Origin: an uncultured Planctomycetota bacterium
GTDB lineage: Bacteria > Planctomycetota > Planctomycetia > Isosphaerales > Isosphaeraceae
Reading direction: 5' to 3'
DNA: 64,000 bases
Assembly (NCBI GenBank): GCA_963845755.1
Contig: CAWJTV010000005.1
Span: 256,001 to 320,000 of the forward strand
Part shown: one piece after another, positions 1-10,484 of the stretch
Layout of the letters: each line of letters starts with the position of its first letter
How positions within the stretch are numbered: the first letter of the stretch is position 1
The notes under the pieces: model-generated
What the model saw: the letters and a program-made list of their open reading frames with translations, nothing else
Database searches by the model: none
What the model was told of the DNA's origin: nothing
Program-made: the position numbers and the translations under genes

Positions 1-2
1 TA

Positions 3-1721
3 GCCGACCGGCTTGCGGATACGGATCCTGAGCTCCGGGCCGCTGCGAAGGGGAACGGGTTGTCCCGACCCGTGGCGGTGGAGCGGATCCCTCGCTTCAC
101 CGACCGCGCCGAGGCCAGCGGTCTCCATTTCGTGTTCGAGAATGGCCGTTCTCCGCTTCGTCAGATCCCCGAGACCACATCCGGCGGGGTCGGGCTGCTC
201 GATTACGATGGAGACGGTTGGCTCGACGTCTATGTCGTTCAGGGCGGAGTCTTTCCTCCCGATCCCGCCCTGCCCTCCGGCGGCGATCGACTCTACCGCA
301 ACCGAGGGGATGGGACCTTCGAGGACGTCTCCGGCCCCTCGGGTATCGCCAGGCTGTCGCGGGGCTACGGCCACGGCGTCGCCGTCGGCGACATCGACAA
401 CGATGGTGATCCGGACCTGTTCCTCACCCGATGGCACCGGTATGCGCTCTACCGCAATCGCGGTGATGGGACCTTCGAGGACATCACGGAGCCCACGGGC
501 TTCGGCGGCGACCGCGACTGGCCCACTTCGGCCGCCTTCGCCGACCTGGACAACGACGGGGACCTCGACCTGTATGTATGCCACTACCTGGTCTGGGACG
601 CCCAGCATCCGATGCTCTGCAAGCGGGTCACCGTGGCCGCGCCGAGCGAGCGCGTCGAGCCCGGCCAGGAATACAACTATTGTACACCCCGCCCGATTCC
701 CGCCCTGGCCGATCACCTCTTCCGCAACGACGGAGGCCGATTCGTGGATGTGACCGCGAAGGCGGGGATCATCGATCAGAATGGACGCGGGCTGGGAATC
801 GTCGCGGCGGACGTCGATGAAGATGGGCAAACCGACCTCTTCGTCGCCAACGACACGACGGCCAACTATCTCTGGCACAACCAGGGCGGCCTGCGGTTCG
901 AGGAGGTCGCGCTCACCGCCGGCGTCGCTTGCAACGCGAGCGGCGCGTTCCAGGCGGGCATGGGGACCGCTCTGGGTGATCTCGATGGTGACGGGCACCC
1001 CGACCTGTTCGTCACGAATTTCTATGGCGAGTCGACGACGTACTTCCGGAACCTGGGCACCGGGATGTTCAGCGACCAGACGGGTTCGATCGGCCTGGCC
1101 GGCCCGACCCGCTTCCTCCTGGGATTCGGGATCGCGACGCTGGATGCCAACAACGATGGGCGGCTCGATCTGGCCACGGCCAACGGCCACGTCAATGATG
1201 ATCGCCCCGACTACCCCTATGCGATGCCTACCCTGCTCATGATCGGCGGCACGGACGGACGCCTGACCGACGCGACCCAGACCGCCGGCGATCCCTGGGG
1301 CGTCCCGCGCGTCGGCCGTGGGCTCGCCGTCGGCGATCTCGATAACGACGGCCGAGTCGATGCCCTGATCCTTTCCCAGCAAAATCCGCTCGCCTACCTC
1401 CACAATGAGACGACGGGCGGCCACGCGTTGACGATCCTCCTGGAGGGAGTCCGATCCAATCGCGACGCTATCGGCGCGGTCGTCACCGTCACGGCCGGGG
1501 GTCGCCGCCGTCATGCCTGGCGTTACGGAGGAGGCAGCTACCAGTCTGCTTCCGACCCTCGCGTGCATTTCGGCCTGGAGTTGGACCGGATCGAGGACAT
1601 CGAGGTGCGCTGGCCTTCGGGCCACGTCGAACGCTTCGGCCCGGCGGAGGTCGACCACGGTTACCGGCTTCGAGAAGGCGACCCAGCCCCAACGCCACTG
1701 GCCGGCTTCCGCCGTCGCTGA
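3..1721 (+). CDS. CRTAC1-family protein (FG-GAP/VCBS-like repeats plus C-terminal ASPIC/UnbV domain), 5'-truncated by window edge
   Basis: Repeated D-x-D-x-D-G-x-x-D-L motifs; C-terminal 'SNRDAIGAVVTV...GGGSYQSASDPRVHFGL...IEVRWPSG'; frame is open back to position 3. Confidence 0.9.
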   Translation, partial: ADRLADTDPELRAAAKGNGLSRPVAVERIPRFTDRAEASGLHFVFENGRSPLRQIPETTSGGVGLLDYDGDGWLDVYVVQGGVFPPDPALPSGGDRLYRNRGDGTFEDVSGPSGIARLSRGYGHGVAVGDIDNDGDPDLFLTRWHRYALYRNRGDGTFEDITEPTGFGGDRDWPTSAAFADLDNDGDLDLYVCHYLVWDAQHPMLCKRVTVAAPSERVEPGQEYNYCTPRPIPALADHLFRNDGGRFVDVTAKAGIIDQNGRGLGIVAADVDEDGQTDLFVANDTTANYLWHNQGGLRFEEVALTAGVACNASGAFQAGMGTALGDLDGDGHPDLFVTNFYGESTTYFRNLGTGMFSDQTGSIGLAGPTRFLLGFGIATLDANNDGRLDLATANGHVNDDRPDYPYAMPTLLMIGGTDGRLTDATQTAGDPWGVPRVGRGLAVGDLDNDGRVDALILSQQNPLAYLHNETTGGHALTILLEGVRSNRDAIGAVVTVTAGGRRRHAWRYGGGSYQSASDPRVHFGLELDRIEDIEVRWPSGHVERFGPAEVDHGYRLREGDPAPTPLAGFRRR

Positions 1722-1752
1722 CGCTCGGGAGATCCGAGAAGGAGGATTTGCC

Positions 1753-2588
1753 GTGAGTTCCCTCGAACCCAAATCGGCCCCGGAGAATCCCGCCATTGGA
1801 CAGCCTCCGCTCGCAGGGCCGGAGCCGATGGCCGTCGCGCCTCGCACGCGTTCGGCCGCCTCCGAGTCCACGGGGTTCTGGCAGGCGTGGTCGCCGGCCT
1901 GGCCTCCTTCGGACTCGGCGAAGCGACTTACAAGTTCATCCCTCCCGAACGGGTCATGCTCAACACCATGGGCACGATCGCGCCGGCCGTCACGGGGGCG
2001 ACCCAGCTCGTAGCAAACGCGCGGAACGCGGCCCTGGCCTTCGGGCTCCTCGGCGCATGCCTGGCCGGCTGCCTGGGGATTGCTGGCGGCCTGGCACGGC
2101 GGTCCCGATTTGGGATCCTTGCGGCCGGATTGCTGGGCGCAACGATCGGCGCTGCGTTGCCCGCCTCCGTTTCCCTGATTTCGATCAAGTACCTCCCCTA
2201 CGCACAATTCCATTATCCGGATTATGAACTTATAATTTCTATGCTGATGCATGGATCGATCTGGGGCCTGGCGGGAGCGGCGGCCGGGATGGCCTTCGCG
2301 GTGGGACTGGGCCAGCCTCGTCTCCTCATTCGGAGCACCCTCGCCGGCCTCGCCGGAGCGATTTTCGGGGCGATCGTTTTCGACCTGATCGGCGGGATTC
2401 TCTTCCCGCTCGCCGAAACCGGAGAGGCGATCTCGACGAACTGGCCATCCCGGCTGACGGCCCGGGTCCTGGTCTGCATCGCGACCGCCGCCCTCGTCGT
2501 CCTCAGCCTTCCCACGCCGCGCCCCTCTGGAGCCCAGGGACAATCCTCTCCGACCAGCGCGGGCGAAACCAATCCGACGACCTCGTGA
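1753..2588 (+). CDS. Multi-pass membrane protein; probable start GTG 1753 with one frameshift before ~1860 (intact part 1887-2588)
   Basis: GGAGGA at 1741 before GTG 1753; several Gly/Ala-rich hydrophobic helices in the 1887-2588 frame. Confidence 0.65.
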
Positions 2589-2597
2589 TTGGGCTCC

Positions 2598-3991
2598 CAG
2601 GGCTTACGCACCAGCCTGGGATATCTGAGTGTTCTGGGAAAGAGCATCTCGCCTCGATCCTACAGTCCGGCTGGTCGGGAAACGGACGTCTTTTGTACCA
2701 TCGATCGCCAGGATAACTCGATCTTTTCAGGGACGTCCACACCATGACCGTCAGCTCGGATTCGGCCTCCGCTACTCCCGCCCAAGACCCGATCTCACTC
2801 CTCGATCATTTCGCCGACTTGCCCGATCCCCGCCGCGAACAGGGGCGAATCCACCGACTCGATGAGATCATTTTCATCGCCACCTGCGCCGTGTTCTGCG
2901 GCGCCGACAACTGGGTGCAGATCGCCGATTATGCCCACTCCAAGAGCGACTGGCTCGAGACCTTCCTCGAATTGCCCGGCGGCATCCCCTCGCACGACAC
3001 CTTTCGACGGGTCTTCTGCCTGCTCGACCCGCTGGCCTTTCAGAAGGGCTTCTCCTCCTGGATGACGGCGCTGATGGAGCGAACGGGATTGACCCCCGTC
3101 GCCACCGATTCGCCCGAGCTGACGCCGATCGCCATCGACGGTAAGGCCCAACGCGGCGCGGCGCGGCGCACCGTCGGCCGCTCGGCCCTGCATGTCGTCA
3201 GCGCCTGGGCGGTCGTGAACCATTTGACCTTGGGGCAAGTGGCCACCGACGCCAAATCCAACGAAATTACGGCCATTCCCGACTTGCTCGCGATGCTGGA
3301 CCTCAACGGGGCCGTGGTGACCATCGACGCCATGGGTTGTCAGAAAGACATCGCCGCCAAGATCATCGACGGGGGTGGCCATTACGAGCTCGCGGTCAAG
3401 GAGAACCAGCCGCACCTCTACGAGGACATCGCGCGGGCGTTCGACGAGGCATTGGATCAGGGCGAGCCCGGGGTGGACTTCACTGAATGTCAGACGGAAG
3501 AGATCCGCAGCGGTCGCCAGGAGACCCGGAGTTGCTGTGTGATCACCGAGCCGAAGGGGATCCGCAACCTGGGCCTTTGGGCCGGGCTGACGGCGATCGT
3601 GATGGTGATCAGCCATCGGGTGATCCATGGTGAGGCCAGCAGTGAGACCCGCTACTTCATCAGCAGCGCGTCCCAGCCGGCGACAGAGCACCTGCGTTGG
3701 GTGCGGGGTCATTGGGGGATCGAGAACTCGCTGCACTGGGTTCTGGACGTCTGTTTCTCTGAGGATGATCAACGGCACTGGGCCGGGAACAGCGCGGAGA
3801 ACTTGGGATGGCTCCGCAAGATGGCTTTGTGCTTGCTCAAGGCGGAGAAGAACAGCAAGGGCAAGAGTATCGCGACGCGCCGCCTGGTTGCGGGCTGGAA
3901 GAATGACTATCTCTTGGATGTACTGGCCCAAATCCCCGAGAAATCAACTGTACTGGCCGAAAACCCCGAGAAATCTGGTGCGTAAGCCCTG
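2598..3991 (+). mobile_element. Complete ISAs1-family insertion sequence (1394 bp)
   Basis: Perfect 17-bp terminal IRs cagggcttacgcaccag (2598-2614) / ctggtgcgtaagccctg (3975-3991); 10-bp target duplication attgggctcc (2588-2597, 3992-4001). Confidence 0.97.
2744..3985 (+). CDS. ISAs1-family DDE transposase
   Basis: Motifs DPR, GIPSHDTF, IAIDGK, KSNEIT, VVTIDAMGCQ, VKENQ, HWGIENSLHWVLDV.F.ED. Confidence 0.97.
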   Translation: MTVSSDSASATPAQDPISLLDHFADLPDPRREQGRIHRLDEIIFIATCAVFCGADNWVQIADYAHSKSDWLETFLELPGGIPSHDTFRRVFCLLDPLAFQKGFSSWMTALMERTGLTPVATDSPELTPIAIDGKAQRGAARRTVGRSALHVVSAWAVVNHLTLGQVATDAKSNEITAIPDLLAMLDLNGAVVTIDAMGCQKDIAAKIIDGGGHYELAVKENQPHLYEDIARAFDEALDQGEPGVDFTECQTEEIRSGRQETRSCCVITEPKGIRNLGLWAGLTAIVMVISHRVIHGEASSETRYFISSASQPATEHLRWVRGHWGIENSLHWVLDVCFSEDDQRHWAGNSAENLGWLRKMALCLLKAEKNSKGKSIATRRLVAGWKNDYLLDVLAQIPEKSTVLAENPEKSGA

Positions 3992-4207
3992 ATTGGGCTC
4001 CCCGTCGCAGTACGGTAAGCCGGAGTCCAAGGCCCTTTCGTTGGCAGGTCGCGCCGGTTACGATGAAAACGCCTGATAGACGGCCATGATCCATCTGAGG
4101 AGTGGTCAGAGGCTTGTTCTTCAGTCAGGAGAGATTCGGTCCGATCCGGGGCGAGGTCGGGAGACCCGCGCCCCACGTCGCGTTTTCACCAGGGAGTTGC
4201 TCTTGCC

Positions 4208-6623
4208 ATGTCACGGTCACGATGTTTCCCGTTCCGGCTAGCGTTCGTGATGGTCGCGACCTTCGGCATTGCGTCGGTCGTTTCTTCGTCGTTGGCCCAG
4301 ACGGGGGCCACTCGCATCGAGGATGGCCGGGTGATTCGTGCCGTCAAGTTCAAGGAGCCACTGGCCTCGCGGGTCTATCAGCGCGACGTCAACGGGCGGG
4401 CCGAGATCCCGATCGTCCTGGAAGAAACGTCGAAGGACGTCAAGCTCATCGACGCGCGGCTCAATGGTCCGAACCCCGGCTTGATGGGAGTCAAGTTCGT
4501 GGACGAGAAGCTGGTCGGCGTTCCGGTCGGTGGCCCGTACATGATCAGTTGCCGGATCGAGGTTGACAAGCACATCATCATCAACGCGATCGCCGGCCCG
4601 GTCTTCGTCGGCGATCTCTGGGTGCTGGCCGGTCAGTCCAACATGGAGGGGGTTGGCGACCTTGTGGACGTGACTCCGCCGCATCCCCAGATCCTGCTGC
4701 TCGGCATGGACGGCAAGTGGGGGCAGGCCGAGGAACCACTCCATTGGCTGGTGGATTCGCCCGACCCGGTCCATTCGGGCGACCCCAAGACGCGCGTGGA
4801 GCGTTCGGCTCTGACCCACAGGAACCGGAACAAAGGTGCAGGCCTGGGACTGCCGTTCGCCGCGGCGATGGTTGAGGCGACGAAAGTGCCTATCGGCCTG
4901 CTCGCCACCGCCCACGGCGGCACGAGCATGGAGCAGTGGAATCCCGACAAGAAGAAAGAGGGCGGAAACAGCCTCTATGGCTCGATGCTCCGACAATTCC
5001 AGCTCGCCGGGGGCAAGGTGAAAGGCGTGCTCTGGTATCAGGGCGAGAGCGATGCCATGGGTGGAGACGCCTGGAAATCGTACTCGCAGGTATTTTCCCG
5101 CTTCATCACGTCGGTCCGCTCCGACTTCGGCCAGCCCGAGCTGCCATTCTACTTCGTCCAGATCGGCCGGTTCATCTCCTCCAGCGATCCCAAAGGATGG
5201 AACGCGGTCCAGGAAGCGCAGCGATTGATTCCCGAACGAGTCCCTAACACGGCCGTAATCTCAGTCATCGACCTGGAGCTGGACGACCTCATTCATGTCG
5301 GCACGCAGGGACTGAAGCGGGCCGGCCATCGTCTGGCCCGGATCGCCCAGCGCGAGCTCTTCGGCGACGTCGGGGCGACCACGCCGACGCTCGACCGCGT
5401 CAGCAAAGGGCCGCACAACACGCTCGTCGTCCGATTCAAGGGTGTCAACATGGGGACGCCAGGCCCCAATTCGTCTCGGCCCATGATGAGCATGTCCGGA
5501 GGCATGAGTGGTGGCGGGATGCGAGGGACTTTGAACCCCGGTGCCTCCTTCAGCCTAGGAGAGCCGACCGGCATCGGCCTGAAGCCGGACCGCCACATCG
5601 CCGGGTTCTCGATCCGCAAGGAAGACGGCACCGCGATACCGCTGATCTTCGAGACCTGCGTCGGCAGGGCTCGTGACACGGTCATCCTCAAACTCGCCGG
5701 CGCAGTTCCCGCAAAATCGGTTCTCTGGTATGGCTACGGCATGGACCCCTACTGCAACCTGGTCGATGGCATGGACATGGCCGTACCGGTCTTCGGGCCC
5801 GTCGCGCTCGACGACATTGCCGGCAACGAACCCGCGACGCCGGTAACTACCGCACCCGGAAAGCCTCGGAACGGGCCGCAAGGTAATCCGCAAGCGAGTG
5901 GACCGGCGAGCCAGCCTGGTCCGATCCAGGCCCTCATCATCACCGGCGACAACGTCGGGGCACACAAGTGGAAGGAAACCAGCCAGGCGCTGAAAGACCT
6001 GCTCGAGAAAGATGGCCGAATCAAAGTTGACATCACCAGCGCCACCTTCCAAGGACCTGAACTCCGAGAAGCTTACTCGATACAATGTACTCATCCTGAA
6101 CTATCGGGATACGCCCGGTGGCCCTCCTGAGAGCCGGTGGTCGGATGCCAACAAGGAGGCGTTCCTCAAGGCTGTGCAGGACGGCAAGGGTCTGGTCTCC
6201 TACCATTTCGGTTCGGCCGCATTCGTCAAGCCGAACTGGGAAGAGTTTGAGAAAGCCGTTGCCGGCGGCTGGAGGACCCAGGGCTTCCACGGGCCCGCAC
6301 ACGCCTTCACGGTGAAGAAGAAGGCCGACGCCAAGCACCCGATCTCCGAGGGGCTGCCGGCGCAGTTCGACCACGTCACCGATGAGCTCTATCAGAACTC
6401 GATGCTAACTCCCGGCAGCGAAGTCCTGGCGACGGCCTATTCCGATCCCAAGAAGCCCCGGGGCACGGGCAAGGATGAGCCGGTCATCTGGGTGAATCAC
6501 TATGGGAAAGGGCGGGTCTACGAGAACGTGCTAGGACACGATACCAGCGCGATGGCCGACCCCAACTACCAGGAGTGGATGCGCCGAGGCGTGATCTGGG
6601 CGGCGACCGGGAACGCAAACTGA
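4208..6623 (+). CDS. Secreted sialate O-acetylesterase (SASA/DUF303, SGNH) fused to a C-terminal ThuA-like domain; one frameshift at ~6042
   Basis: Signal peptide; LAGQSNM, WYQGESD and DDLIH motifs; ThuA-like 'ALIITGDN..HKW...YNVLILNY...DELY...GKGRVYENVLGHD' is split across ORFs 4208-6130 and 6012-6623. Confidence 0.8.
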
Positions 6624-6641
6624 GCGGAGAGACGCACTGCG

Positions 6642-6995
6642 GTGACACCTCCCGGACAGCGCGATTACAGCAGTGTCCGGCTCTCTCGGCACGCCGTTGA
6701 GCGCTTCGTCGAACGGTTCGAGGTCCAGCCCGAACTGGCGTCTGAAGAGCTCCGCCAGGTGCTAACCCGGACGCGACGCCTGGGCCGCAACTCCGAGACC
6801 GGCGCCATCGCCGTACTGGCGATACACCGAGGGCGGACGCTTGTGGCCATCCTCCAGGGGGACACCTGCCTGACCGTACTGACCTGGAACCAGTTCGTCC
6901 CCCGCCTCGCGGAGTTCGGCCGCAAGAAACTCCCGCGCAAGTGGGGACGCACCCTCCGCCGGCTCACGGACAATTTGAACCACCAGGAGGAGTAG
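6642..6995 (+). CDS. Hypothetical protein, 117 aa (HAxER motif, possible RelE/DUF4258-like fold)
   Basis: 'VRLSRHAVERFVERF...CLTVLTW'; starts 18 nt after the upstream gene. Confidence 0.65.
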   Translation: MTPPGQRDYSSVRLSRHAVERFVERFEVQPELASEELRQVLTRTRRLGRNSETGAIAVLAIHRGRTLVAILQGDTCLTVLTWNQFVPRLAEFGRKKLPRKWGRTLRRLTDNLNHQEE

Positions 6996-7153
6996 TTCTA
7001 CGGAATAGGGGGTCGGCAGTCTCACCGGTTCTTCCAACAGTTCCGAGGTGCTCGGCTCTCCGGTAATTCGGGCTCAAATCGTGCACGCACCACGCCGACG
7101 CCGCGGGGGGCGCAACGGATTCGTGAAGCGTCCTCTCTTCGGCGTACCGCCGA

Positions 7154-9850
7154 TCAGGATCCATTGGCCTGGCCGTTGGGTGCCGATGTGGGGATGGACT
7201 TGGGCGCGAAGCCGAGGATGACGCGGCAGGGCGCGTTCTCCAGGACGTATCGGGTGTTGGAGGCGAAGGCCGTGGTATCGCCGCGCCGATAGACGCCGCG
7301 GAGGCTCATGAAGATCGCGTCGAACTTGCCGTCCACGGCGGCGCGGACGATCTCGGGACCGGCCTCTCCATGCGTGACGCGCCACTCGACGATCCGTCCG
7401 AGCTCGCGGGCGCGCTCGAGTCCCCGCTCGACGATCTGCTTGGCCTCCTCGGTGGTATCGGTCCCGCCCTCGGATTCTCCCTCCTCGACGACATCGATCA
7501 GCGTCACCGCGATGGCCGGGTCGAGGAAGCTCATGACGGTGTCGAGGAAGTCGGCGCTCAACGGGCTGCCGTCGTAGGCCAGGAGCAGGCGCTCGACGCC
7601 GTGCCAGCTCTTGCGGAGTTCGGCGAGCATTCGCGCCGATTCGGCGGCGGCGGCACCGGGCTTGGGAATCTGGCTTCCGCCGGCGATGTCCAGCCGCGCG
7701 TCGCGGTCCTTCCCGAGCACGCGGATCGACAGCGGCTCCGGTTTGGCGCCGCAGAGGTTGAACCAGTAGAGCGCCGCCAGGTCGAGCTGGTCCTCGGGGC
7801 GATACTTGTTCGACTGCCCCATGATCAATTCCTGGGCGCCAATGGTCTTTGCCGTCTGGGCCAGCGCGAAGAATGGCTCATTGGTCGGCACGATGACCGG
7901 CTTGACCGGCTTACCGGCATGCTCGGCCAGGTTGACCACGGCGGTAAGGAGCTGCCGGTCCTGCTCGGTGATGACCGGCTCGAGATCTCCGGAACCCTGC
8001 GGCAGCACGCTGGCGGTCATCACCACGACCTCGGTCGTCTCCGGATCCGTCTCGGCCAGGCAGCGCTCGAGCATGCCCAGATTGTAAGGCGAGCGGATCG
8101 CCACCAACTTGCGATAAGGCTTGCTGAGGTTCAGCGATTGGACGCTGAGCTGGTCGGTCTGCTTCTGGTTGAATTGCTCCAGATGCTCGTGGTGCTCCAT
8201 CGCGGCGCCTCTGCGACGGCGATGAGTGTGCTCACTGAGCCAGAAGACCAGATAGAATCCCGCAGTGAACGCGACGCCCGTGATCGTCGCCACCTCCTTG
8301 GTGAGCAAATTGCAGATGGCGGCCAGGGCCAGGACGAGGAAAATCAGGCCCATGCCGATCGGCCAGTCGACCTGGCCGACGCGGATATTCAGCGGCACCT
8401 CGTACTCGCGCGGCTGACGACGCGTGAAGCGCAGGACCAGCATCGACAGCGACATGAAGACGAAGCTCCAGACGACGCCGAAAGCATACGCCTCGCCCAG
8501 GGTCAACACATTGCCGCGGCTGGCCACGATCGTGACGATCTGGAGGATGACCACCAGGTTGATCAGCCGGGACGACGTCCCGAACCGCGGATGCGGCCTG
8601 AGGAACCAATCGGGGAGGACGCCGTCCTCCGAGACTCGGTTGAGCACGCCGTTGGAGCCGACGATCGCCGTGTTGACGGCGCCGGAGAGGATGAGAAAGC
8701 CGACGACCACGACGACTCCATTGAGGATCAGACGCGCCCATTGCGGACCCACCACGCTCATCGCCAGGCCGCCGATGAGGTTACCGCTGTACTGCGACAT
8801 CCGGATATTGTCCGGGATGATCATCACCGCGAAGAAGCTGATCATCGAGGTGAACAGCAAGCTGTAGAGGAACACGACGAGCGCGGCACGTTTGAAATTC
8901 TTGAGCTTCGGACTTTCCACCTCGCGATAGACTTGCGCCAGGGTTTCCTCCCCACTCATGGCCAGGATCGAGTGTCCGAAAGCCATGAGCAGTCCCACCA
9001 CGCCGATCAAATTCCACCAGTGGCCGGTAGTCGGCTTCACCCGCAGTGCCTCGCCGACTCGGGTCTCGCCGAGGAAGCCGAGCGGATCGACCTGCTTACC
9101 GAACGGGTCGAGCATCGGCTTGCCTCCGGCGTCCACTTTCTTGCTAAGGTCGGGCATCGGCGAGGGGAGGTTATGCAGGGTCTCGGGCCGGACCGCGAGC
9201 GTTACCAGGCACCAGACCACCATGATGACCCCCATGATCGTCGTGGCCATCATGATCTTCAGCGCCCGATCGCTCGACTCGTGGATCCCCTGAATGTTGA
9301 CTCGCCAGAAGTAGACGGTCACTCCGATGGCGATCGCCGCCGACAGCGCATTCTGATGCTGGAGCATGAAACTGTCAGGACCGAGCGCGAACACTTCGTT
9401 GAGCAACCCGATGATGTATTGTCCGGCTGTGACTGAGCTGCAAGGGCCGGTCAGGATGTAATCGAACAACAATGCCGAGACCGCCAGCCGCGCGAACTGA
9501 CTTCCCATGGCCTCCTTGACGATGCGGTACACCCCGCCGCGGACGAACATCGAGCAGCTCTCGATGTAGACACTCCGCACGGCATAGCTGAATACCATCA
9601 CCGCCAGGATGAACCACGGGGCCGCCTTGCCGATTTGCGACTCGACGATGCCGCCGATGTAATACGCCGTGCTCGCCAGGTCGCAGAGGACGATTGCCGC
9701 GGTTCGCCAGTAGGAGATGAACGTGAACATCACGCTCGTGACGACCAGCACCTGGCCGGACGTCGGTCCGCGCCGTTTGGGACGCGGCACGGTGGTTGTC
9801 GTGGATGATAAAGGGTCCGATGGGTTCGAGGAGGGGTCGCCGTCAGCCAT
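7154..9850 (-). CDS. APC-superfamily permease with C-terminal universal-stress-protein-like domain(s) (KimA/YdaO-like architecture)
   Basis: ~12 TM helices, 'GGVYRIVKEAMG', 'LLFDYILT', 'SGEE'; C-terminal 'LLLAYDGSPLS...RYVLENAPCRVI'. Confidence 0.9.
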   Translation of the reverse strand: MADGDPSSNPSDPLSSTTTTVPRPKRRGPTSGQVLVVTSVMFTFISYWRTAAIVLCDLASTAYYIGGIVESQIGKAAPWFILAVMVFSYAVRSVYIESCSMFVRGGVYRIVKEAMGSQFARLAVSALLFDYILTGPCSSVTAGQYIIGLLNEVFALGPDSFMLQHQNALSAAIAIGVTVYFWRVNIQGIHESSDRALKIMMATTIMGVIMVVWCLVTLAVRPETLHNLPSPMPDLSKKVDAGGKPMLDPFGKQVDPLGFLGETRVGEALRVKPTTGHWWNLIGVVGLLMAFGHSILAMSGEETLAQVYREVESPKLKNFKRAALVVFLYSLLFTSMISFFAVMIIPDNIRMSQYSGNLIGGLAMSVVGPQWARLILNGVVVVVGFLILSGAVNTAIVGSNGVLNRVSEDGVLPDWFLRPHPRFGTSSRLINLVVILQIVTIVASRGNVLTLGEAYAFGVVWSFVFMSLSMLVLRFTRRQPREYEVPLNIRVGQVDWPIGMGLIFLVLALAAICNLLTKEVATITGVAFTAGFYLVFWLSEHTHRRRRGAAMEHHEHLEQFNQKQTDQLSVQSLNLSKPYRKLVAIRSPYNLGMLERCLAETDPETTEVVVMTASVLPQGSGDLEPVITEQDRQLLTAVVNLAEHAGKPVKPVIVPTNEPFFALAQTAKTIGAQELIMGQSNKYRPEDQLDLAALYWFNLCGAKPEPLSIRVLGKDRDARLDIAGGSQIPKPGAAAAESARMLAELRKSWHGVERLLLAYDGSPLSADFLDTVMSFLDPAIAVTLIDVVEEGESEGGTDTTEEAKQIVERGLERARELGRIVEWRVTHGEAGPEIVRAAVDGKFDAIFMSLRGVYRRGDTTAFASNTRYVLENAPCRVILGFAPKSIPTSAPNGQANGS

Positions 9851-9901
9851 CAGGATTGCGTTCCGGGAGACTCGATCGGATTGAATCGAACAAGTGGCTG
9901 A

Positions 9902-10465
9902 TTACAGCGGAGTTGCAGCGCGATCGTCAAGAGGAAGGGGAGCCTCGGGCGTTTCCCGACGTCGGGAGCTTGCCTGCAAGATCCGCGCCGCGCCGCCACA
10001 GGCGGCGATCGCGATCAGACCGAGTGCATCGCTCACGCCGTAGCCCAGCCAGTACAACCAGTCAACCGGGACCTTGAGAGGCCCGCTCGCGTAAATCTGG
10101 GCCGGCAGGGCCTCGAGCGCCGGATTGATGGCGGATTCAACCAGGAAGAGACCGACCCTGCCGAATGGGCCCCAATAGTATAATCCGGCATCCCCGAACC
10201 CCGAGGCGTCCATGCCGGTGTACTTGAGGATCGCCAGAGTGGCGGTGAGCCCGCCCAGCATCATCCCGATCAGTGTCTTATTCAAGGTTCCGGAATACAC
10301 CATGACCGCGTAAAGACCCAGGTTGAGCGTGACGATGTTCAGAAACACAAACGGATGGAGCACGAAATCCCGGCCGCCGAGCAGCCTGTACAACAGCAAG
10401 TTAAGCGATGCCAGGATGGTCAACCGCATCATCGCGGCCGTGGAGAGTTTGTTGAAGAAGTGCAT
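9902..10465 (-). CDS. Hypothetical membrane protein (MHFFNKLSTAAM...)
   Basis: ATG at 10465, 187 aa with ~4 hydrophobic segments; the longer track ORF is a chimera with the upstream dehydrogenase frame. Confidence 0.65.
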   Translation of the reverse strand: MHFFNKLSTAAMMRLTILASLNLLLYRLLGGRDFVLHPFVFLNIVTLNLGLYAVMVYSGTLNKTLIGMMLGGLTATLAILKYTGMDASGFGDAGLYYWGPFGRVGLFLVESAINPALEALPAQIYASGPLKVPVDWLYWLGYGVSDALGLIAIAACGGAARILQASSRRRETPEAPLPLDDRAATPL

Positions 10466-10484
10466 GGTCAAGTCCCTCGATGAG

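Noticed and set aside
7370..9436. Long antisense ORFs (also 2795-3931, 15080-16276, 36734-37747, 48605-49801, 59367-60476)
   Set aside because: Shadow frames of real genes, expected at high GC; no recognisable motifs.
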